Origin: Chrysomallon squamiferum
Lineage: Eukaryota; Animalia; Mollusca
Direction: 5' to 3'
Assembly: GCA_012295275.1 (NCBI GenBank)
Contig: CM022674.1
Span: forward strand, 7,192,001-7,256,000
Length of the DNA: 64,000 nt
Position numbers and translations under genes: made by a program. The notes beneath the pieces were generated by a model. The model saw only the letters and a program-made list of their open reading frames with translations. It did not search any database and was not told where the DNA came from. This document shows, piece after piece, positions 29,547 to 64,000 of this stretch (position 1 is its first letter; each line of letters opens with the position of its first letter).

Positions 29547-29624
29547 CAGGTTCCGGACCAATTATCCGGTGTCCGGAAATCCGGAAAGACCAGAAAACCG
29601 TAATAATAATTGGTCCGGTAGCTG
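29547..29624. mobile_element. Miniature (78 bp) Tc1/mariner-pogo-type MITE
   Basis: TIRs CAGGTTCCGGACCAATTAT and ATAATTGGTCCGGTAGCTG (17/19 match), with TA on both sides. Confidence 0.65.
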
Positions 29625-29841
29625 TATTATTTTCTGACACACATACTAACTGGAAAATTAAGAAATGGTAATGACGATAATATTATTATAGGCAACTGAA
29701 ACAATCCAGTTATAACCGGTTTGCGAATTCACGATTTTTCTCATGTTTTTAGCCATGGTGAAATCCGGGTATGAATTAACACGATAATGAGGACTATATT
29801 TTTGGAACAGAATAGTTTTCTCTCTTTTTAATGTCAATAAT

Positions 29842-29894
<53 letters not shown>

Positions 29895-31577
29895 CAACAA
29901 CATATTTTTAAAATTAATTAATATTTATTATTTATTTTTTTATTTATTTTTAAAAAGCTATTAATTAACAAGCAAGCAACAAGTAGAATCCAAAAATAAG
30001 TTACTAAGGATATTTCAAGTCTAAGCTACGTCCATACATAGTATACTAACAGCAAGAAGGTGCATACATATACACATAATGAAAATGCACGCAATTGCAC
30101 ATATACGCGAACATGCAAACACGTACTATATATATATAAAGTTAGTCTGAACTGAGTTTGAAATAAGTCGTTTTTTATAACATTCTCTGTATTTAGCATT
30201 TTTTAAAACTTTAATCATTTAATAACGTAGAAAGTGATAAATAAAAATCTTAAAAACCTTACGTATCTAAAAACATTTTCATTATGCAGCACTTACCAAA
30301 ACAAAATAAAAATAAATACATTTTTATTTTTTTAAATCGGAATTATCTGACTAAAGTCGTTACGATTTAAATATTCTTTTGTACTGCAAAAAGTTGGTAA
30401 CCTTTTTGGTTCAGTGTGAACATGTCTTAAAGCATGTAGAAACTATTGTATTCGGCGAGTACGTATTTAATACGGACCGTTTCGTTGAGGCAGGTCACAT
30501 TAATAATAATGTATTGACCTTCCTGCGGCAAATCGCCGGTAGCAAATTTAACATTAACAAAAGGTTGACAATGACAACGGTGTAATTTATGTGTCCATTC
30601 ATTACCCACGGGACACTGGTCACTCTGTTATGATATTTACATCTGGCTGCTTATACTAACGTAATGACAGAAATGGATGTGTCTGTGTGCAATGTGTCTG
30701 TGTGCAGTGTGTCTGTGTTTGTAATGTGTAAGTGTAATGTGTCAGTGTGTATACCTCTCCTGTTTATTTCATGCATAATCTGCAAACAGAGATTACTCTG
30801 CTCTTTATTTCATGCATAATGTGTGAACCCCACCACAGTTCCTTGCATTTCAATAATTCCCTGAATATATTTATATATAGGTAGGTAGATGTACATATGC
30901 ACAGATACATATATACACGTATATATACTTACATATCCTCATGCACTCGCACATGCACAGAAAAAGAAACAAAAATCACACATTTACACACACACATACA
31001 TATTCAAAAATGTACACAATTACATAAACACAAATACTGACAAACAGACAAATACATATCTCATTTTTTAAGATGTTGGTTTTTTATAATATTACTAGCC
31101 AAACATAATATACTGCTCTTTTCTTCTTTTTCTTCTTTTTTCACAAAATTTATCAACGAACGAACAACTGAATAAATAAATGACATATCAAAACATTATT
31201 TTTCAAAAATTCTAATTTTTAAACTTGATAAGCACGAACTATTTTTTTGTCCCTTTCCAGCTCGACTTAACGAAGTGTGATTGCGCTGTGTACGAGTATA
31301 AATACGCTTCCACCAAACCTTCAGATTACAATGTACGTAATTAGATTTGTAAAGAGAAATAAGAAATGACTAGATGAGGCGGAAAGTATCTCACTAAGTA
31401 GTAAAATAATTATCTGTCTCCGGAAATCAATAACCATTTGTTACTTACATGTTATATTACAAAGCCTGATGTAATTAAAAAAAAATTATAGTATATAATA
31501 CACTAATTACGAGAATATTAATACTGTATGACTAGGATATTAAATTAAAAATACACAATAAAGTAATTACTAATATA

Positions 31578-31632
<55 letters not shown>

Positions 31633-31787
31633 ATATATGTTATTACTTTATTGTGTATTTTTAATTTAATATCCTAGTCATACAGTATTAATATTCTCGT
31701 AATTAGTGTAATATATACTATAATTTATATATATACACACACACACACATACACACATACATACATACATATACACACACACACACT

Positions 31788-31818
<31 letters not shown>

Positions 31819-31860
31819 TGAATCAAATGAAATAAAAATAACAGTAATAAACCTACATAC

Positions 31861-31914
<54 letters not shown>

Positions 31915-32398
31915 AATAAAATAAAATAAAATAAAATAAAATAAAATAAAATAAAAATAGATCTGTAGGGGAGAAAAGTGAACGCACTCGGTGCACTCTC
32001 CCCCCCCCCCACTAAGGATCAGAGTACGTCTGCCCCTAGCTACTAGTGGCAGACAGTCGATCAAACATTTCATTGTGGATCTTTTGTCTTGATTCTGTCA
32101 AACCTTTTATATCTATCAATTCCCGTCACCTGTTCCGTGCGTCACGCCTCAGCTGTTACTTCATGTCTGTTTCATACACGAGTGATTTTCTTCTCAGTGT
32201 TGCAGACGATAACATGTAAACTAGCGGCACATTCGCAGTATTACTCTCTGCGCATCGTTACATACCACCTGTATGATTCAGCGGTGCAATACCGATCAGT
32301 ATGCTACTGAACTGCTGCAGGTTTTGTTCTTCTTGCGGACTATTTTAGAGCGAGAAAGGAAATAACATTTAAAAGAAAGAAAAACGAAAAACGAAAGC

Positions 32399-32720
32399 AT
32401 GTCTGTAAAATCAGGTTATCGTTCGACGGAATCTATAGATATTAATTTTGACCTTGACAGAGAAGCAAATTCCAAAAGTGGTAGTCATAAATATTTACGA
32501 TTGGAAGCGTTACAAATAGATTCTGAAAAAACAACAGAAAGTTCTGAACTGTTGCCACACAAAAAATTTCTACATCGACTTTTTACGTTTTTCTGTGGAT
32601 ATAAACAGAATCATACTTCGGAAGATTCCGGATATAAACGTCGTCGACTCGGAACATTTGCCGGAGTTTTTGCACCCATTGCTTTGAGCCAGTTTGGAAA
32701 TAATTTATTTTTACGTCTAG
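32399..32720 (+). CDS. SLC12A9: SLC12A9 alternative first coding exon 1a (N-terminus plus TM1)
   Basis: ATG at 32399, open for 322 nt, ending KRRRLGTFAGVFAPIALSQFGNNLFLRL-G|GTGAGA. The phase-1 donor is compatible with the acceptor at 40854, and the exon is homologous to exon 1b. Confidence 0.8.
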
Positions 32721-33244
32721 GTGAGAAGAGAATATTTTAGAAGTTATCTTTCATAATGTTAATATTTAGCATATACTACAAGTTCTATTACTTCTACTTT
32801 TACTACTGCTACTACTACTACTACTACTGCTACCACTACTTCTACTACTGTTACTTCCATGTCTGTTACTACTACTACTACTGTTACTAAAACCTCTGAT
32901 ACTTCTAGTACTTCTATCACTAATGCTACAACTGCTACCACTATTACTAGTGATACTGCTACTACTATTGTTGCTTATATAATTGCTCCTATTACTACAT
33001 ATATTTGTAATACAAAACTAGTATCATCGTTTTTGGACTATTACGTCTAATTTTACTATTACTGCTTATTTTACTGTTACTACTGCTACTATTATTATAA
33101 TACATGTCCTTCTACTGTTACTAACATCAAAGCAAGGGAAATACAATTACTAAAACCAGAATTACTATTTCTGCAGTTTGTATTACTCATGTTGCTACTT
33201 TCCAACATTAACAAGAGACCGTAATATCTGGGGTGCGGGGGGTA

Positions 33245-33385
33245 CTGTGATTTCTCCCCACTGATTATGGGAGAGTTCATATAAAAGGTAACTTTTTGCT
33301 AACAGAGTAGCCCATCGTGTGTAGCAGTGTCCGCGGCGGGTTTTCTCTGACATTAACAACTAGAACCTTAATCATATATCATATA
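33245..33385 (+). mobile_element. Degenerate SINE central-domain fragment (Nin/Deu-domain-like)
   Basis: TGGGAGAGTTCATATAAAAGGTAACTTTTTGCTAACAGAGTAGCCCAT...GCGGGTTTTCTCT resembles a recalled gastropod SINE core (GGGATGGTGCATATAAAAGATCCCTTGCTGCTAA...GAGTAGCCCAT...GCGGGTTTCCTCT). Confidence 0.5.
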
Positions 33386-33584
33386 TCACTTGTATCTGAT
33401 TCTCTCGTCCAGGAGTCACTTGAAGAGGGCGCCACTTACGATAACTGTAAAAGATGGGTATTAGTTAGATCTTAGGTCAGAAGCAAAGTTGCCAGTAGAT
33501 ACATCCCTCGTTGTGGTTACATGGACTTTTTTTTTTTTTTTTATTTTTTTGTTGTTGCTTGTTTTTCTTATTGCTAATAATACA

Positions 33585-33641
<57 letters not shown>

Positions 33642-34345
33642 GTCAGTGTTGTTGTTATTTTCGTCGTCGTCGTCGTTGTTATTAATATTATTAATATTCT
33701 TCCTCTTATTATTATCACTGTTGTTTTTTGCTGTTATCATTATTCCACCCACCACGACAACTACATATACAATACTGTTATAAACTCTTGCAAACTTCTA
33801 ACAAACTACTACTACCATTACTGCCATCATTCTTTCACAGCCAAATAACGATGTAGCAAATGAACACTGGATGTTGGAAATGCCATCCAAAGATGTTTAT
33901 TTCCACATGAAATAGCGTGTGCATGTGCCCTGATGTTAATGAAACACCTAATAATAGTTAGGTTACACTTATTACCTGTATTTACCTTTAATTATATTAA
34001 CGATATCCAATATAATGTATGTTTCATTTATCATCGCCTGTAACGACGTCGTCGCGCGACAGGTGGTCGCTATCGAGTCCTGGTATCAGCTTTTTCATGG
34101 TCACATTTCATTAACGTGTTATTAAAAAGCACGTCCGTAAATATTGTTACTATATATACATGCTCTGATAGGTTCGTATGCACATATTCGAGCACACATA
34201 AACACACACACAAACAACCTCATCCAAATCGGACATACACAGGTGTGGATATATGTATGTATGATTATAAAATCTCAATTTATATATTTATTATACAGTT
34301 TTACATAAAAGCAAGTGTTTTTTTATTTCGTTTGTTTGAAGGTTT

Positions 34346-34376
<31 letters not shown>

Positions 34377-34746
34377 CTTCTTTTTTTTTTTGTGTGTGTG
34401 TGTTTTTAATTTTTTAACTATAATTTTATTTTTTATTTATTATTATTATTTTTTTTTACAGTGTACAGGTGTGTATACAACTGTTGTGCGAACGTGACTG
34501 GTATTTATTATTATAAAACAAATTTAGTAACAGAGGTCACGATTCTGGTAAAACGTGAAACTTTTTTTTCTTTTATATAAATTTGCATGCTTTACTTTAT
34601 CAATAACAAGATAAAAACCTTTCATATGTAATTTTATTAAGAAGAGTGTACGCCCTGTTCTAAACTCCATCTGCACGTATATCCATTTATTTATTTGGTT
34701 TATTTATAATGATGATGATAACGATAAAAATATTTATTTATTTATT

Positions 34747-34793
<47 letters not shown>

Positions 34794-35475
34794 GTATAAT
34801 TTTTATTATCTTTATTATTATTAGTAGTAGTAGTATTAGTATTATTATTATACTTATTATCTTCATCATAATCACTGTTTATTAATAATATATATAATTT
34901 TATCGTGCTCTCTGTAAATATTCATTCATTCACTTTTCTCACACTGTGCTATTTATAGTTTAAAGTACTACGACAACAACTTTTAAATACCAGCAGTATT
35001 ATTAGCTTGTCACGGCAGAGAGGAACTTAATATAATAATTGCAGCAGTCATTGTAAACATTAAACCAAGCGTAAATTACAGTTTACGTGTACAGTTTTCT
35101 CTCTAACACTCAACTGTTTATTTACGTTTTCAGTCTGAACCTTTATCAGCTTTATAAAGCATATTTAGATTATAGATCCATATGACAGACGTGCCTTTCT
35201 GCATATATATGAATAAGAGTTCATGTCCTTAATGTAAATAATGACAGTGGGCTGATCGGTCCAATAATGTAAACAAAAGCACGTGTATTAGCTGACTCTA
35301 ACAAGCATGCGCAGTGACTGATGTAATATATTTAGTCTTCCGGCGGAAGGCTATCTCGAACAGCTGGTCAGAACTAGGAAATGATTTCATATTTCTGGCG
35401 ATATCGACAGAGCTTCTCTCTTCCACCTCACACAGAAATTGTTACCCTGGTGATGAAAGTGTCATAAATTCGGCG

Positions 35476-47681
<12,206 letters not shown>

Positions 47682-48533
47682 AGTTGCAATGTGAGTTAGA
47701 AAGATTTAAGTTTTTCTTTCTCTGACATTTTTTTTTTTTTTTTCAAGGTTATTATTTTGTTGTTCTTATCTTGTAAAGTCAGCTGCAATTCGATATTGGT
47801 TTTCTTTTGTCATTAAGGTATATTAAGAAAAAATGATTTTCTTGATATCGTTATTTGTCTTTCTTATTAGAGCATGGATTACATCAGGTAACATTTAAAC
47901 TTCCAAATAGTAGTTTGAGTCCAATATTGATCTGTTTTGAAAAGAAATGATTTTCTTCTTTTGATTTTTTTTTAATTTTCTTTTTCAAATTATAGAAGAA
48001 GATTTATTTTTCTGATTTATGAAAAATAACTTGTTTTCTCTTTGTATTTAATATATATATATGGAATAAAATTACATCTTTTCCAAACATGTAATGATTA
48101 TTTACTGAAATATAGATAAATAAATTATGTTTCCATGCTTCCTGTTGAACAAAACTGTGAATAATATTTTAAAGAAAATTCATTGCGTTTTGAACTGTTT
48201 TTGAAAATAATGAGAAACATGGATTATATTTTCTTAACTTCTTTTCTATCCTTTAGTAAAAACATTTTATTTGTTTTTCTTGTTAAATGGAAGCTATTAC
48301 TAATATGTTTTGGAAATCGTTTTTAACTTTGATATGAATGTAGCATTTTATATTTTTCTACCTTAAGCATCTATTTGATCAAAATATTTGATACTTTTCC
48401 AAACAATATTTCAAAGATTTGATTTTTGGTTTAGAAAAACGCATAAAAAAAATGTTTCATTATAGATCCTAACTTTGATAATTTTATAATATTTAACTTA
48501 CTTTTTTTTAAACTTTTTTTTATTAATCATAAA

Positions 48534-48567
<34 letters not shown>

Positions 48568-49145
48568 TTAAAATTTCATTATTTATTTATTTTATTTCAT
48601 TTATAGACACACTAACATACACACACATACACACACACACATATATATTATTATTATAGCAAAAAGATTGGCACCACAAAATTAAATATGCCATAATAAT
48701 AATAATTTAATTTTTAATTCCTTGTGAATTAGTACTATAAAATACATTTAATATATTCATATTTAAACATTGTGGAAATCTGGATACAGTAATCAAAATG
48801 TGTGTTATTCTAATGTTACATAAATAAGTTTTCTCACAGAGGCATATGTAACTACTTGTTGAAATATTAAGTTGTATCTCTATGGTGATATGAAAACACA
48901 ATTCCAATATAAATGTGAGTTTGTGTGTCTGTAAGTGAGTGTGTGAGTGTGTGTTGTGTACATATGTGTATGTATTTATCTATCTATCTATCTATCTATA
49001 TAGCTTTATATATGTGCATACACACAAATTGCTTTGTTAATTGTAGCATATTTTTTCTACTAATAAAGTTTGACAGAATAACAAACATAAAAATTATTAT
49101 AAAGCATGAACACAGTTTATTATGATTTCATTTACTCCATAAAAA

Positions 49146-49181
<36 letters not shown>

Positions 49182-50354
49182 TCATTGAAAGATGAAATGA
49201 CAGTTTTATTAGTTTTTATTTATTTATTTTTATTGTTATTATTATTATTATTATTCTCTTCTGTGTATGAAATGGCATCAAAATTCAATGAGAAATAGTC
49301 ATCATTCATGGCCTGCCACGTTTTTATTTTTTTGTCTAACTTTATTATTGGCAAAGGTTGTTTGTTACTAACAAGTAAAACTTGTAATTCTGTATGAGTT
49401 TAACATCTCACCAAAGTTACACATAATTTGTTACTGTGTTTGTATTTATTTCTTGCATGCTGTCTGTGTCATTTAACATGAGTGCTGGTCTGTTATTTGT
49501 TTTTAATGAATGTTTCCATTTGCAAGCACTTAAATTTGTTACCATGTAAAATCTAATATAATGAAAACTGTGAAATGTGTTTAGAAAGTTAATGTATATA
49601 AAGCTAGCTGTAAGTGTGTTTGTCTATCTGTATCTTGTGTGTATGCATATGTGTGTGTACAAATAAATATATATATCAATAGATGATACACGACACACAT
49701 ATGTATATGTGGTTTTTTTAGTATATTTGTATATATTGTGGTCTCTTAGAAATACATGCAGCTGTTAATAAACATGACAATGTTAAAAAGAAATCAATGA
49801 ATACAGCTTAAATTTGTGTAATATATATATGTGTGTTGTCAACATTAACAAATATGACATATTTTAACACACAAGATATGATCCAGTATAATGGGTTATG
49901 TCATCAACATAATGAAATGTGTGTATGATATACTACAAATCACATAACAAAATGACTGTATGTGTAACACACAATCCAATATGACAATCTGAATGAACAT
50001 GTGATCTGTTATTACAGTCTGTATAAAATATATTCTAGGTTGATAGCTTGTTGTCTGTGTTACATAATTTGTGTATATTACAACATAATATAATAAATAT
50101 AATCAGAATGTACTATAACATATATTTTGCTACTTTTATGTATTAACTGATACAGTATTTATTAAAAAACCTAATGCATTTGTATTTGCTTATCAGACAT
50201 ATTATATGGCTGTGTATTTTGCTTTGTGCACATTAAGTAATGTGACTACTTGCTGAAATTTTGTATTGTTAATGTCTGATACATACATGCTGGTTATTCT
50301 GTACTGTGTCTGTATTTGGTTGTTTGTGATATATAGCTGTTTATATTCTAATAA

Positions 50355-50870
50355 GTATTTGTGACATTAACAAATATGACAAATCAGTGATTACTCACAA
50401 GTTGCTTATATTCTGTGATGTGACATTAACAAATATGCCAAGTTACTGAAATTGCTATTTAGTATTATATGTTCTGCTAATTATTGTGTGATGTTAATAA
50501 ATAGGCCAAAAACAACAATATTACATATTGTGTTAAGTGTGCTACTTACATTGTGACATTAATAAATATGTCAGTTACCACATATTTTATATATTAAACT
50601 GTTATTTATCTTTTAACATTAATAAATGTGCCAATTACTACAAATATTAATAATTTAAATTAAATAAATTAGTTATTTAGCAACATTAATAACTGTCAAT
50701 TACCTCAAATATAGCATGGGGCATTGAATATATACAGTATCAAGTATGACAATAAACATACCAATTAACAGAAATATTAAATGTTCTACTTATACTGTAA
50801 CATTAACAATTTGCCAAATAATTATAATTTCTACAAAATGTGTTGCTCTTGGTCATGTGGCATTAACAGA
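50355..50870 (+). repeat. Old degenerate minisatellite (GTGACATTAACAAATATG core, about 55-65 bp spacing)
   Basis: Core variants at about 50361, 50420, 50553, 50615, 50680, 50800 and 50860; related TTGACATTA cores at about 52010-52330. Confidence 0.5.
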
Positions 50871-51152
50871 TTATTATAGCTATATATATATATATATATA
50901 TGTTATGAATACAGGAACAGAAATTGACAAAGTAAAACAGGATAATTATTTCCATGATTTCAAAATAATAAATATGAAGAAAACATTTATACTGATGAAG
51001 ATATGATTAATGAAGATAGTGGTAGTAATAAGATTTTATAGTATGCCTAATGTTAAATCAATATTTAATAGCTGTTTAGAAAGTATTACCATATTAGTAT
51101 GGTTACCAGTGTGATAACTATTTTGAATTTGTGGTACAACACAGCATAGTTT

Positions 51153-51185
<33 letters not shown>

Positions 51186-51626
51186 CTTCGCATGCTTGGT
51201 ACACTCTTCTCTTTTTAAAGAATTCCATTTCACTTTTAGAAACAAAAACATTTTTTTTTTAAATTTGCTCATCTGCTCTAAAACATCATGGCAGCTCTGA
51301 TATCTAATTATTATTTAATCTATCTTTGGCAGGAAAAAAACAAAAATATTTATAAAATATTTATACATTTAATAAATTATTTTGTATTTTCAGACTTTTT
51401 AATCTTCAGTATGTAAATACCCATTAACATTCCTTTTTCTATAAATATTTTTGATACAGTAATTCACTTATGAGCATGTAAATATATGTGTTGAAGCTTA
51501 AAATGTGTTTGTTATTGTAGTTGTTTGTTATATGCAAGTATTAGATGTTTAATAAATAATTTATGTTGATCTGACTATTTAGAGCAAGCTTGGTTGGTTT
51601 GATTTGATTTGATTTTTATTTTATTT

Positions 51627-51668
<42 letters not shown>

Positions 51669-51706
51669 ATTTTTTATTTTGTTTTTATTTATCATTGGTG
51701 TTGTTG

Positions 51707-51747
<41 letters not shown>

Positions 51748-53354
51748 TTTATTCTCTTCCCTGTTGTATATAATAAAAATAATAGTGTATAGTAGAACAG
51801 TACTGACAAAGTAAGCTACACATAAGAAAAATTTTATACAGTGACATTAAAAAAAAAAAAAAAAAAAAAAATTTAAAATTATTTCCTGGCATTGATACTG
51901 CATACTGTTCTAGAGAACAATATTGTTTTCATACATTAATAATACTTGTTACACAAGAACAAGAGGCCTGTTTTATTTACTAACATTAATATTTAGTGTC
52001 ATTTTTTATTGACATTACTACAGTTTACTTCACAGTAGAACAATGTCATCTCTTGACATTGATAATGTTTACTACACAAAAGAACAGTGATATTTTTATT
52101 GACATTAATAATGATTGCCAGAAAACAGAACAATATTATTTACTGAGGTTAATAATTTTTATTAATAATGCTACTATATGGCAGAATATTATTTACATCG
52201 ACATTAAAAAGGTTTACAATGCAAGAAAATAAGTTGTTTACTGACGTTAACAAAGGTTACTGCATAAAATGCTATTTTCTAACAATTATATTAACTGTCC
52301 AACGCTTATAATATGTATATATTGACATTTATTCAGTTTTGTGTTGCAGAATGGAATGTTATTTATTCCCATTAAAAGTGTGCTGCTTGAGAATATATAT
52401 ATATATTTTTTTAATTATTGTTAATATTTCTGCATTGTATAAGAAAAATATGTAATTGCTGTATACTGTAAAAGAACAGTTATCTGCTGGTATATATAAT
52501 ATGTATTGTGCATGATTAACCAAAATAATACAATGCTTACTTAATATGTGTCGGCTTTTATATATTTTTTTTTAATTTATTTATTAATTTAAAAAATATT
52601 ATTCTAATTTCAAATGAATAAACATTAATTTATAATATACAGTAAATAATAATACAGTTTTTATAAACAAAGTTTGATTCAGAATTTTCAATCAATGTAC
52701 CAACATCCCCCCACACACACACAGAGAAACATACCTACATACTACATACAGAAACAGAAACAAACACACATACAGATACTAAAAAACCCAGACTCCATAA
52801 TGTAACTAAGTATTTATATACTATAAGAAACTTGAATAAACCAACCACATCATAATATAAATAATGTAACAGGATGTTAGCACCAGTTCAATAATAACTA
52901 AACAAATCTTTGGGTTTACTTCTGACAACTGGATTTTGAGGATTTGTCACTCGCAAATGGATGTGTTGTTGTTGTGGTTGATGTTGACATGTTCTGAATG
53001 TTGTCATCATGGGTGCTTTGTATATACGAAATAACACTGTAGGTTAATGTAGACTTTTTTAAAGTAGATTGACTGTAGACTTAGTGTTAAGTGGATATGT
53101 TTGTTACTAAGTAGAACTATATTACTAAATATGCTTAAGTTTTTTATAAAAATGTTTATTTTTGTATTAGCTAGGCATTATTAAATCATTTTTATTGTTA
53201 ATTTTATATATTTAGTAAAAGTGTCTGTTATGTCATATTTGTGTTAAGAAGTAAAACTTGTATTAATCATTCCTAGATTTTATTTGTTTTGTTAATGCAT
53301 TGTATTACAAACTATATTTGTGTTTATATAAGCAACACTGTAAGTTGTTTATTG

Positions 53355-53400
<46 letters not shown>

Positions 53401-55824
53401 GTAAAATTGTGTTTAAATTATCCATAATTCTATTACCATAAAGAATTATGTTACTAAATAGTTTGGTTTGTTACAGATAAATAAAATTATTTTTAGTAAC
53501 ACTTCACTGTGAGACCAGTGTTGATAATATTACAGTTTTTATTCTTCTCTGTCTTATTGAAGTATACAGTTATTTTCAACCATTTTTATTTGTGAATCAT
53601 GGGAAAACATGACGACAAACATTATTGTTTTGCTGGAATTTGTTATTTATTTGTTTATTTTATTATTTGTTTGTTGTTTTGTATTTTTGTGTTGTTGTTT
53701 TTTTTTTTTTTTTTTAAATGTGGAGTTTTAAAAAATAAATAAATAAAAATTGGATGTGAAAATGTGTTTTTTCTGTGTTTTGTTTTTCATTTGCTATGCT
53801 ATTTATAATATATATATAAAGAACTGAAGTAAATGTTTGTTGTTTGTTTAGGTTGGTAAAATTCAGTTAGCCAATTTTGGCCTGAATTTTTTTACCTTGA
53901 TAGAATTACTGATTACAAACAGAAAAGCTTTTTCCTGATAGAATTATTTGGCATTTTAGGCATCTTTATACTTACAGTGATATCATCAGGTATAACCTCT
54001 CAAGCTGGTGGCATCTCTTTTAAAATATCACGAACAAAAAGTTACTTCATAAAACACTTTTTGTTTTAATGTTTTGTTTTTGTTTTTGTATTTTTTCTCC
54101 AGTTTTTAATCTACTGATACTGTAAAATAAAAGTATTTAAATTATTTAAATTGTTTCATCTTTGAAAACAACCAGATTATATTTTAACAACATTCATTTT
54201 AATAACACAAATGATTATGTATAATTATATAAATCAACTCTACAACATTTAACAGAAGAAAGTAAATAATAATGTAAATTTTATGAAACCTTTTGAAGTA
54301 GTTACTGTGACAAATAAAATGAAGGTGAACATTAATTAAAATGATTTTTATTAATAAACTTGAAAAACGTGGTTTTCAATAAACTTTAAGTTACATAAAT
54401 TTTTCATGTGTAACAAAATTATTTCATATAGAATACAAATGAACAAAAACAGACATAAAATCCAAAGAAATAAGTAATAATAAATTTTTTTTTTTTAAAT
54501 TACTAATTGACATTTTTTTTAATAATAAAAAAATAAACAAATAAATAAACAAAATTTATTTCAAATAATAAAAAAAATATTTTTGTTTTTATGAATCTAT
54601 AAATACTTACAAAACTGGTAATAATAATAATAATAATATTAAAAGAAAGAAAAAGTCACACCCCACAAAAATAACAAAACATACAATATATTTATTCTTT
54701 TTTTTTTAAATTTTAACTAATAAACTAGAGAATATTCTTATACATGACATTTGTTAAGAGTTGACAAGTAATTGTATTAATCATAATTTACCAAATTTAT
54801 TAAAAAGAAAGCATTTGTGATCTCTATTTCTTTCTCTCTCTCACACACACTAAAAACTGTCAGTGAAAACAGACACTACTATTTCACAAATGTGTACATA
54901 ACAAAAACATAAAAATCAAAGTTTTTGTTCATTTAAATACAGTAGTTCACTTTTCTTTGCACACTCATTTTATTGTTCTTACATAACATTTGCATTTGAT
55001 CACTTAAAATCAAATGAATAACATTCTAAAGTTATAATCATTAACAGTATTTAACAAATCCATTTCTAAATTGCAGTATATAAATAATATATACAAAAGA
55101 TGTTGTACATTTGTAATTTAAAACACACAAATGCTACATATATAATTAAACAATTATTTTGACCAGAATCTTACATATATGATTTAACAATCATTCAGAA
55201 CAATATTTGTAATTGTATAGACCTAGAATGCTACATATTATTATTATATCGTTAAACAATTATTTTCAACAATATTTGTAGTTTTATAGAACATGAATGC
55301 TACATATATCATTATATGATTTAAAAATAATTTTAACAATATTTATATTTTACAGTACATTAACTACATATACGATTTAACTGGAATGTTAAACAATGCA
55401 ATTTTCAAAACATTTCATCAATTTTTTATTCCAACCATTTTTTGGCATATACTAATTTTTAAACAATTTTCTTTAACAATATTTATAATTTTTGTTATAT
55501 AAATATTTTAAAATAAAATTCTGATAACTATATTTGTGCCTGATTGTTAGTTTGTAATAGTGAACAACAGTTAATTGATAATACACAAAATGCATCTCCA
55601 GCACATTAAATAAATATTTTTCATCACTTAGTATCCATATATAAAAAAAGGATATCATGCTGACATTAGTAAATTGAGTCTTCTTAATTCAGAAACAAAA
55701 TTCTTGTATTTCATTTCCTTGCACCTGACAGACAACATATGGGATTTTGATTTTGTCAGTTTTTCAATTTTTTAAACAAATTTCCTGGTAAAACATTAGT
55801 TTTTTTAACTTGATCCTCCCATCT

Positions 55825-64000
<8,176 letters not shown>

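Noticed and set aside
30607-30627. hAT-Blackjack-like terminal sequence CGGGACACTGGTCACTCTG
   Set aside because: No matching opposite end or target duplication was found, so an element cannot be delimited.

Overview
AT-rich, intron-rich animal genomic DNA. A mollusc, probably a gastropod, is inferred from the repeat motifs but cannot be proven from this window. Four spliced genes were reconstructed by hand: a ZCWPW1-like zf-CW/PWWP gene (minus strand, runs off the left edge), head-to-head with MEPCE (plus, 4 coding exons, about 740 aa); SLC12A9 (plus, about 949 aa); and the 3' end of MTOR (minus, from the end of FRB through kinase and FATC). A homogeneous satellite of about 12.6 kb (unit about 1.03 kb, dimeric) lies between MEPCE and SLC12A9 and shares sequence with a neighbouring HINE/Helentron-like element. 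The most unusual signals are: (1) three MTOR introns carry minisatellites built from the gene's own splice signals, namely about 30 copies of the FRB exon end plus its 5' splice site, 15 copies of a 3' splice site, and a branch-point-like array; (2) SLC12A9 has two homologous alternative first coding exons of identical length (322 nt) that exchange the N-terminus and TM1; (3) SLC12A9 has a U12-type intron; (4) the ZCWPW1-MEPCE-SLC12A9 neighbourhood mirrors human 7q22.1. No database searches were run, so family assignments rest on recalled motifs.
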